Assembly (NCBI GenBank): GCA_035538335.1
Contig: DATLKN010000025.1
Coordinates: 42,611-106,610 of the forward strand
From: Stellaceae bacterium
Lineage (GTDB): Bacteria > Pseudomonadota > Alphaproteobacteria > ATCC43930 > CGMCC-115725
Direction of reading: 5' to 3'
DNA length: 64,000 nucleotides
Shown here piece after piece: positions 29,342 to 36,203 of the stretch. The translations under genes were made by a program, and so were the position numbers. The notes below the pieces were generated by a model, which saw only the letters and a list, made by a program, of their open reading frames with translations, was not told the origin of the DNA and did not search any database. How positions within the stretch are numbered: position 1 is the first letter of the stretch; every line of letters begins with the position of its first letter.

Positions 29342-30256
29342 TCAGTTTGAAATCCGAGCCGCATCAGCCTTCGGCCGGCGGGGTTTGTAGGGGCCGCGCT
29401 TCTTCGGCGGATCTTCGCGTGCATCGATCAAGGCTACGATGTCTTCCATGGACCATAACCGATCGGTCAGTTCCGCCGCCATCGCCGGCGTAACTCTGAG
29501 CGTTTTGTGGATGCGGACGAAGTTGTAAAACATGACGTGCAAGGCAACTGCGTGATAATGGTTCTCGATCTTCTTGCTGAATGCATTGGTTAGCCGAGTG
29601 AATCGGCGCATCGACATCCGCATCGTTAGATTTTTCCGTTCAACGTAGCTCGTTGAAACGTGCGCCGGATCGGGATTGCCGGTGATCTTCTCTCTCCGCG
29701 TTCCGATGCATTCTGCCGGGCTGTAGCGTCGCGAGGCTTCGACCGATGCGGGCGCGTTGCCATAGAGTTTTACGAGCATCGCGTAATCGATCTCGGAGCC
29801 AAACGCCTCCTCGACCGCTTGCAAATATGGGCGGTGCCCGTCTGTCGTAAGCTGTACCCGGTTCGCAAGCCTGCGGCGAAGATCGTCCATCATGATTAGC
29901 GCGAACTCGGCGTCCCGGCCGCCGACCATATAGCTGATCAGCAGTTTGGTCGGACCATCGAGCGCGGTCCAGGTCCAGCAATCGCCGGCTGTCGGATCGC
30001 CCGCGCGCTTGCTGGCGGAAACGTTCTTCTGCTTCGCGCCAACGAAACTCCAAACCTCATCGCATTGAATCCGCGTCGCTTTGATGTTGCGGACATGCTC
30101 ATCGTGATAGATGGCACAGGCCACTCCGGCATCGATCAGCAATTTCATGACCGTGTTCAGCGATACGTCGGCAACGCGCGAGATAGAGCGAAGGGACGAG
30201 CCTTCGCAGAGCATCGAGAGGATCTGAGCGCGTTTGGCAATAGATAGCTTGTTCAT
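29342..30256 (-). mobile_element. IS1-family DDE transposase-like gene (single ORF, no terminal inverted repeats found)
   Basis: N-terminal HTH ([33 protein letters not shown]). Blocks colinear with IS1 InsB: [51 protein letters not shown]. Confidence 0.8.
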
Positions 30257-30310
30257 ACGCGCGATTATACGCGCGTGTGGTTAAGCGTTCAAGCAACAAT
30301 TCAGTTTGAA

Positions 30311-30511
30311 TTAGCGGTCAAAACTAACGCGCAACCGCCCGTCTCGCACCTCGAAGCGAGCTTTCGATGACGACCGAATTACGTCCTGATCCGCAACCCG
30401 GTTAGGCTTATCCTGTACGCTACCAGAACGGACCTCCGTGCTTTTGCGCTGAGAAGTATCACCTTCACGCGTCGACCGAGACGTGCCGCTGCGATAGGTA
30501 TTACGGATCAT
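30311..30511 (-). CDS. Hypothetical 66-aa Ser/Arg/Thr-rich protein, third gene of the Ntn cassette
   Basis: ATG at 30511 overlaps the stop of the upstream gene by 11 nt (ATGATCCGTAA). Product MIRNTYRSGTSRSTREGDTSQRKSTEV...FEVRDGRLRVSFDR. No recognisable family, so coding status is uncertain. Confidence 0.35.
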   Translation of the reverse strand: MIRNTYRSGTSRSTREGDTSQRKSTEVRSGSVQDKPNRVADQDVIRSSSKARFEVRDGRLRVSFDR

Positions 30512-31517
30512 CGCTAAACCCCGTGTAGCGGTGTTGAAGTGGAGGCTCATTGAGAAGCTGGAATCCTTTATCCCTGGTTACAACCCCAATATGGGTACGA
30601 CCGCCGACGGTTGGCACCCCTATAGAGAAGCGCGATTTGCCTGCTTGAATCATCACAAGAAATGAGACAAAATTAATCGCGTCCTGTAATGGCAGATTGG
30701 AGTAGCTTAAGGGCACTCGGTATTGTCGCCAATTAATCGTAATAGGAGGCGGTGACGGGACTTTAAATTCTATATCTTCCGGCATTTTAGCTCCGATACG
30801 ATCTAAAATTTGATTTATCAAGTCGGTGAAATGCAATGTCAGTGTTTCAGAGTGAGACTTTAACGTTTCTGCAAATTTGTCTCGTAGATCTGATCTTGCG
30901 TCTCGGTCGTAGCCCCGAATGAAACGTTCAACCGCATCCGATTGACCTTCCCAAGCTACGCCAGTGCGCCCATTCTCAAATGCCAGCCTCGCTGAATTTT
31001 CTTGAATATTCACTCTATATATAGAGGGAAACTTGTCGTTTCGGCCAAATCCGCCCACCAAAAAAAGCGGCCCTTCCCTAAACTGTTCAGGAATGGCGGA
31101 TTCGTTATAGTGGTCTTCATATCTCGCTCGCATGAACCGCAAAAATGAGTTGCAAATTGTTTGTACTTTTACCTGTGGGGCTCTGCGCCGCTTCTGTGCT
31201 TCGCAAAACTCCTGCGCAATACTCGCGATCGGCAAATCATTTAGCTTTGCCAAACCTGCAGTTACAGCCACGACAGGAGATGGTTGCGGGGAGATTTCAA
31301 ACATTTTTGTGACGCCGCCCCAAGCATTTGTCACAACTGGCTCTATATCCTCACCAGTAAATTCAATGGTATATTTGCCCGACTCATCTGGTGTGAGAGG
31401 TTGCTTCTTCAGTTCTTGAAGCCTAATTGGATCGACGTAATACGAAACAGTGCTTGCGATACTGTCGCAGCCGATTACGAGCGCATCGCTGGTCGCGAGC
31501 GCTACATTAATCGTCAT
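30501..31517 (-). CDS. Proteasome-beta/HslV-like N-terminal nucleophile (Thr) hydrolase, divergent, orphan
   Basis: MTINVALATSDALVIGCDS places Thr at mature position 1 and Asp at 17. Later blocks follow proteasome-beta order: TKMFEIS..VVAVTAG, GPLFLVGGFGRNDKFPSIYRVN, WEGQSDAVERFIRGY, TVGGRTHIGVVTRDKGFQ. Low-GC gene. Start chosen at 31517 because the upstream extension overlaps a better ORF. Confidence 0.65.
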   Translation of the reverse strand: MTINVALATSDALVIGCDSIASTVSYYVDPIRLQELKKQPLTPDESGKYTIEFTGEDIEPVVTNAWGGVTKMFEISPQPSPVVAVTAGLAKLNDLPIASIAQEFCEAQKRRRAPQVKVQTICNSFLRFMRARYEDHYNESAIPEQFREGPLFLVGGFGRNDKFPSIYRVNIQENSARLAFENGRTGVAWEGQSDAVERFIRGYDRDARSDLRDKFAETLKSHSETLTLHFTDLINQILDRIGAKMPEDIEFKVPSPPPITINWRQYRVPLSYSNLPLQDAINFVSFLVMIQAGKSRFSIGVPTVGGRTHIGVVTRDKGFQLLNEPPLQHRYTGFSDDP

Positions 31518-31764
31518 TTCGTCTGGGATGCGACCAGCGTCTCCGCGCTGCGAGCTGGGCAATCTCAGAGCGCCGCTCAGCAGACATGGAGTTAGCCCTC
31601 GCCCGTCCCCCCTTTTGGCCGCCCAGTCGTCCCAACGCGACGGCGGCGGGATTCTTCTTTGGCTCGACTCGCAGATCTTCCTCCGCTTCGCCGGTCGCGA
31701 TATCGACGACAAGCTTTGCAAGCTGGTTCGGGTCGCGCGGGCGTTTGCTTGAGCGGCTAGGCAT
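31507..31764 (-). CDS. Small basic protein (85 aa) with a KGG-type Arg/Lys-rich C-terminus, first gene of the Ntn cassette
   Basis: MPSRSSKRPRDPNQLAKLVVDIATGEAEED...KNPAAVALGRLGGQKGGRARANSMSAERRSEIAQLAARRRW. I recognise this as a recurrent alphaproteobacterial small-protein pattern of unknown function. Its stop overlaps the Ntn start (ATGACGATTAA). Confidence 0.6.
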   Translation of the reverse strand: MPSRSSKRPRDPNQLAKLVVDIATGEAEEDLRVEPKKNPAAVALGRLGGQKGGRARANSMSAERRSEIAQLAARRRWSHPRRNDD

Positions 31765-31933
31765 GGCTCTATCGTGGTGCGTTGCGCGCACAAGTCAAGA
31801 GACAAGACGACCCACGCCGTCCGCCCGAGTCGGTTTTCGCGAGATGGCGGCATGTGGGGATTTGATCGGAAAGCGTCAAGCCCCCTCATGGCCGCTCAAT
31901 TTCAAAGTGAGGCACTACCAAAGGCTTCCGCCC

Positions 31934-31960
31934 GCTGTCAGCATTGCATACAATGACAGC
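31934..31960. promoter_or_regulatory. Candidate FitAB/VapBC autoregulatory operator
   Basis: Perfect inverted repeat GCTGTCA-N13-TGACAGC ending 21 nt before the antitoxin ATG. It overlaps a TACAAT -10-like hexamer (31949-31954). Confidence 0.35.
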
Positions 31961-31980
31961 GACATAATCCGAGATCCGAA

Positions 31981-32235
31981 ATGGCGACGCTGACCATCCG
32001 CAACGTCGAGCATGAATTGAAGGAGGAGCTGCGCGTGCGCGCCGCGCGGCATGGACGGTCGATGGAGGCCGAGTTAAGGCATATCCTGAAGGAGGCGCTC
32101 GGCGCCGGAAGAGGGCGCCCCGAACCGAACCTTGCCGAGGCGATCCGCCGGCGCTTCCTGCCACTCGGCGGCGCCGACGAGTTGGCGCCCCACCCGCCGG
32201 TGGAGACCGGCGAGCCGACGCCGTTCGAACGGTGA
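31981..32235 (+). CDS. vapB: RHH antitoxin (FitA/VapB, StbC-like)
   Basis: MATLTIRNVEHELKEELRVRAARHGRSMEAELRHILKEAL is the classic Arc/MetJ-type antitoxin N-terminus. 4-nt overlap with the PIN gene. Confidence 0.8.
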   Translation: MATLTIRNVEHELKEELRVRAARHGRSMEAELRHILKEALGAGRGRPEPNLAEAIRRRFLPLGGADELAPHPPVETGEPTPFER

Positions 32236-32654
32236 TCGTCCTCGACACCAACGTCCTTTCGGAACTGATGCGGTCAGAGCCGGACGGAGCGGTCTTCGCC
32301 TGGGTCGCGGCGCAACCGCGGACCGCGCTCTACACGACGAGCGTCAGCAAGGCGGAGATCCTCTACGGCATTGCCGCCTTGCCGGAAGGGCGGCGGCGCG
32401 CGGCGCTCGCGGCGGCGGCGGAAGCGATGTTCACCGACGATTTCGCGGGCCGGGTGCTGCCCTTCGACGAAGCGGCCGCTGTCCACTATGCCGAGATCGT
32501 CGCGGCCCGCCGCCGGGAAGGCCGGGCGATCGAAGCCTTTGACGCGCAAATCGCCGCGACGGCGCGGGTCGCCGGCGCCGATCTCGCCACCCGCGATGTC
32601 GGGGATTTCGCCGACTGCGGCCTCACCCTCGTCAACCCGTGGAAGGCGAGCTGA
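32232..32654 (+). CDS. vapC: PIN-domain toxin (FitB/VapC)
   Basis: MIVLDTNVLSELMR..., with acidic residues spaced as in a PIN domain (D5, E11?, D..., TRDVGDF). Confidence 0.9.
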   Translation: MIVLDTNVLSELMRSEPDGAVFAWVAAQPRTALYTTSVSKAEILYGIAALPEGRRRAALAAAAEAMFTDDFAGRVLPFDEAAAVHYAEIVAARRREGRAIEAFDAQIAATARVAGADLATRDVGDFADCGLTLVNPWKAS

Positions 32655-32739
32655 CCGAGTCTCGAGGAGGGACGCGGCCGAACGCGACAATGGGGTGGCG
32701 AACTGCCCCCGACCGCGAGAAACTCCGCCGCCTGCGGGG

Positions 32740-32934
32740 TCACAGGTCCAGCCCGTCGCGCCGGAATTCGTGCATCAAGGGCGTCGCGTCGCGCCAGGCG
32801 GTCGCGAGATAGGGCTTGGCGTCGAAGAACGCCCCTGATTCATCGAGAAAACGCACGCGCAGATCGGCCACTCGATCGAGCTCGGCCCAACGGTCCGGCA
32901 GCGCGCTCAGAAACACCGCCAACGCTTCCATCAT
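32740..32934 (-). CDS. Hypothetical 64-aa protein
   Basis: Open frame only (MMEALAVFLSALPDRWAELDRV...). Native-like GC, no recognised motif. Confidence 0.3.
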   Translation of the reverse strand: MMEALAVFLSALPDRWAELDRVADLRVRFLDESGAFFDAKPYLATAWRDATPLMHEFRRDGLDL

Positions 32935-33185
32935 GACATCCGCTCGCGGGTAAGTTAGGATCGCTTGCGATTCCGGTAAGGGATCCGCAAGGCGGGCAAA
33001 AAGCGCCTATCTTGAACAGGAGCAACACGTCAGTCCCGGTGGCATTTGTTGCGGCCGGCCGAACCAGCGAGGCGTCGAACCGAAGAAACCCAGCACCGAA
33101 ATCATGCTGCTCTGAATAAACGCGCCGGCCTCGTCGTTTCGCGCCGCCCGCATGGCCTCCGGATTGAACATACTGGGAGGTCACG

Positions 33186-34595
33186 ATGGAAGACGCGCGT
33201 CAATCCGGCCGGCCGACAAGCCGCGCCGGGGTGTTGCTCGGCCGCAAGCTCGACAGCATCCCCTTCAGCGCTTACCACATATTGATCATTGCCGTGCTTG
33301 CCCTCGTCGGCTTTATTGAGGGCTACGATCTGGTGATGACGGGCTCGCTGCTGGTGCTCGCCAAAGCGCCGCTGCAGCTGACCGGGCCGGACATCCGCTG
33401 GCTGATCGTCGGGCCGGGTCTCATGCTGTGCGTCGGCGGCTTTCTGTCCTCGGCCGTGTCCGACCATTGGAGCCGCAAGACGATCATGCTGATCGGCGTG
33501 ATCGCCACGACGTTTTTCACGCTGCTGATCCCGCTGGTGCAGACCGCCGAGCAGCTGATCATCGTGCGTCTCTTGACCGGCCTCGGCGCCGGCGGCGCCG
33601 TTTCGGCCGCGTTTCCGATCGCCGCCGAGCTGATGCCGGCGCAGCACCGCCGCAGCTACGGCGCGATTTATGAGATGGCGCTGGCCGCATCCTTCACCGT
33701 GGTGCCGTTCATCGGCGGTCTCCTCGCCGGCAACGAATACGCCTTCCGGTTTCTGGCGTTGCCAGGCGGGCTGGCGATAACCGTTGTGCCGGTGCTGATC
33801 TATTTTGTGCTCCCGGAAAGCCCGCGTTGGCACTTACGGAAGGGCCACGCACAGGCTGCCGCCGACATCGTGAACCTGATCATCCGCCGCGCCGGCAACC
33901 GGGTGCCGTTGCTCAGCGTGCAGGAGCTCGGCGACGCCACGCCGACGGCGCGAGAGGAGTTGCCTCCCTACCGGGCTTTGTTCGCTCGCGGCCAGCTGCG
34001 TTGGACGGCCGTCGGCATCGGCAGCCACGTATTCGCCAGCACCGCTTTTTTCCTCATTTCGGTGTTGCTGCCGAAGGCGCTGCACGACCAGGGCTTTCCC
34101 GTCGCCGCGAGCCTCGGGGTTACCTCGATCATCTATTTGGCGAGCTTTTTCGGGAAGGGCTTCACCGGCTTCCTGATGGAGATCATCGGGCGGCGCTGGA
34201 CGATTGCCTACGCACTCGTCGGATCCCTGCCGGGCCTCGTGCTGATGCTGCTCGCAAACCATGCGGGGGGCTATGCCGGGCTGGTGATGGTGGCGGGAGG
34301 GCTGATCGTCGGCTTCACGGTGCTGTCGTCCTTCACCGCGACGCGCGTCTACCTTTCCGAGCAATTCCCGACCGCCTTGCGTGGCCGCGGGCACATCTTC
34401 GGCGAGTCGTTCGCACGGCTTTTTGCCGGCGTGCTGGCGCCGTTTCTGATGGAGCCGCACACCGGGTCGGCGCCGATCTTCTTCGGCACGATCTTCATCG
34501 CCGCTGCGATCGGCGCCTTCATCCCGGTGGCGTTCGGGCGGGAAACGGTCGGCCAGCTGGAGACGGTGACCGAGGCGGTGCCCGCGCTCGCCTGA
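33186..34595 (+). CDS. MFS transporter (sugar-porter/metabolite:H+ symporter-like)
   Basis: 12-TM-like hydropathy, GRKTIMLIG, LTGLGAGG, PESPRWHLRKG and IIGRRWT motifs. Confidence 0.9.
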   Translation: MEDARQSGRPTSRAGVLLGRKLDSIPFSAYHILIIAVLALVGFIEGYDLVMTGSLLVLAKAPLQLTGPDIRWLIVGPGLMLCVGGFLSSAVSDHWSRKTIMLIGVIATTFFTLLIPLVQTAEQLIIVRLLTGLGAGGAVSAAFPIAAELMPAQHRRSYGAIYEMALAASFTVVPFIGGLLAGNEYAFRFLALPGGLAITVVPVLIYFVLPESPRWHLRKGHAQAAADIVNLIIRRAGNRVPLLSVQELGDATPTAREELPPYRALFARGQLRWTAVGIGSHVFASTAFFLISVLLPKALHDQGFPVAASLGVTSIIYLASFFGKGFTGFLMEIIGRRWTIAYALVGSLPGLVLMLLANHAGGYAGLVMVAGGLIVGFTVLSSFTATRVYLSEQFPTALRGRGHIFGESFARLFAGVLAPFLMEPHTGSAPIFFGTIFIAAAIGAFIPVAFGRETVGQLETVTEAVPALA

Positions 34596-34812
34596 CAGCC
34601 GCCCTCGAGATGGCGGCGCGATGCGCCGGCCATCGCCATTGGGAGATCGCCGGGGAGCGGCGAGCGATGCGCCTGTGCCGCTCCCTGCCGATCGGCGGCC
34701 GCCTCCCGCCCTTCGCGCCGGAAGGCATTGAGCTGGATCAATGCCGCGGCGGCGGCGCGGTCATACCAGCGCTCCGGGGGCCCCGATATCGCGGGCGGAA
34801 GGAGGAAGGCGC

Positions 34813-35499
34813 ATGGCCGGCAGCACTCCCGGTTTCACCTATCTGGACGCGGCGGCGATCGGCGCCGCCAAGCTCAACCGCGATCCCTACGATTTCGTCT
34901 TTGTCGAAGCGGCGATCCCGGCGCGGTACCGCGCCGAGGTGCTGGCCGATGCGCCGCAGATCCCCGACCGCGGCAGCTACGCGATGTCGAGCCTCGATTA
35001 CGGGCCCGCTTTCGCGGCCGTGTTGCGGGAGCTGATGAGCCCCGCCTTCCGCGGCCTCGTCGAGGAGAAGTTCGACATCGATTTGAGCCGCAATCCGCCG
35101 GTCGCAGTGATGATGGGCAATACCAGCGGGCGCTACAACGAGGGCTACGCGCATCCCGATTCGAAGCACAAGATCGTCACCGTGCTGGTCGGCTTCACGC
35201 CCAGCTGGCCCTATGAGCGCGGCCGGCTGAGGGTATTGCGCAGCGCCGACCGCGACGACATGGCCTTCGAGTTCGCGCCGGAATTCGGCCGCATGCTGAT
35301 GTTCCGCGTCTGCGACCATTCCTGGCACGGCTTTCTGCCGCAGAAGGGCCAGCGCATGAGCCTGCAGCTGTGCTATGTCGATTCCGAATGGTATGTGCGG
35401 CGCGAGGAATGGCGCCACCAGGTGAGCGCGGTGGCGAAGTCGATCCCGCTGGTGCGCAAGATCATCGACCTGGCGCCGCGCCGGATCGGCAGGGCCTGA
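34813..35499 (+). CDS. 2OG-Fe(II) oxygenase-superfamily protein (paralogue 1)
   Basis: ATG at 34813 preceded by GGAGGA. HxD...H candidate triad: AHPDSKHK and DHSWHGF. Confidence 0.7.
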   Translation: MAGSTPGFTYLDAAAIGAAKLNRDPYDFVFVEAAIPARYRAEVLADAPQIPDRGSYAMSSLDYGPAFAAVLRELMSPAFRGLVEEKFDIDLSRNPPVAVMMGNTSGRYNEGYAHPDSKHKIVTVLVGFTPSWPYERGRLRVLRSADRDDMAFEFAPEFGRMLMFRVCDHSWHGFLPQKGQRMSLQLCYVDSEWYVRREEWRHQVSAVAKSIPLVRKIIDLAPRRIGRA

Positions 35500-35502
35500 G
35501 CC

Positions 35503-36192
35503 ATGCAGTTCCCCCGCCTGCCGGAGCCGGCCGCAATCGCCGACCATTTCGTCTCTGCGCTCGATGCCGCCGAGCGCGCCGACCGGCCCTTTCGCCACTG
35601 GCGGCTCAAGGACGTGCTGCCCGAAAGCATGTGCGTCGGCATTCTGAGCCTGCCGTTGCCGCCGCCCGTCGTCCGCGCGCCCGACGGCACGCGCGCCTCA
35701 TTCAACGATCGGCGGCTCTTCTTCAACGCCGCGCGGATTGCCCGCTACCGGCCCTGCGCGGTATTGGCCGAGGCGCTGCAGCGCCCGCAGGCGGCGCGCG
35801 GGCTCGAACGGGCGCTCGGCATTCCGCTCGCCGGCAGCCATCTGCGCATCGAGTACATCCAGGACACCGACGGCATGTGGCTGGAGCCGCATCGCGACAT
35901 CCCGGACAAGCTGTTTTCGATGGTCGTCTACCTGTGCACCGGGCCCGACGCCGCCGATTGGGGCACCGACATCTACGATGCGCAGCGCCGCCGGGTCGGC
36001 TCGGCCGCGGCCGAATTCGACAGCGCCGCGATCTTCATTCCCGGCGCCGACACCTGGCACGGCTTCGACAAGCGGCCGATCATCGGCGTCCGACGCCTCA
36101 TGGAGATCAACTACGTGCGGCCGAACTGGCGCGACCGCGACCAGCTCGCCTTCCCCGACCGGCCGATCCGATTGCCCGCAAAGGCCGCCTGA
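35503..36192 (+). CDS. 2OG-Fe(II) oxygenase-superfamily protein (paralogue 2)
   Basis: EPHRDIPDK and ADTWHGF. Colinear with the upstream paralogue and starts 3 nt after its stop. Confidence 0.7.
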   Translation: MQFPRLPEPAAIADHFVSALDAAERADRPFRHWRLKDVLPESMCVGILSLPLPPPVVRAPDGTRASFNDRRLFFNAARIARYRPCAVLAEALQRPQAARGLERALGIPLAGSHLRIEYIQDTDGMWLEPHRDIPDKLFSMVVYLCTGPDAADWGTDIYDAQRRRVGSAAAEFDSAAIFIPGADTWHGFDKRPIIGVRRLMEINYVRPNWRDRDQLAFPDRPIRLPAKAA

Positions 36193-36203
36193 GAGGCTGC
36201 GCC

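Noticed and set aside
29300-30330. Terminal inverted repeats for the IS1-family element. GGTGGTGCC at 29333 resembles the start of the IS1 IR.
   Set aside because: No complementary copy (GGCACCACC) occurs near the other end. The sequences just inside the 10-bp direct repeats match at only 6 of 14 positions. The ends therefore remain undefined.
30512-30550. 79-aa version of the third cassette ORF (start at 30550).
   Set aside because: The internal ATG at 30511 reproduces the same 11-nt ATGA-N4-TAA junction as the upstream gene pair, so I prefer the shorter form. The ORF itself remains low-confidence.
31518-31889. Longer 462-aa version of the Ntn-hydrolase ORF starting at 31889.
   Set aside because: The extra 124 codons give an Arg/Ser-rich sequence with no domain. 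They overlap, in another frame, the 85-aa ORF that carries a recognisable conserved pattern. A start at 31517 puts Thr directly after Met, as in HslV.
28673-33185. A tRNA gene, integrase or att repeats marking the island borders, or a prophage interpretation of the DUF5681 gene.
   Set aside because: I found no cloverleaf-like T-arm (GGTTCGAATCC-type) sequence, no tyrosine or serine recombinase ORF, and no capsid, terminase or tail genes. A DUF5681 motif alone does not support a prophage.
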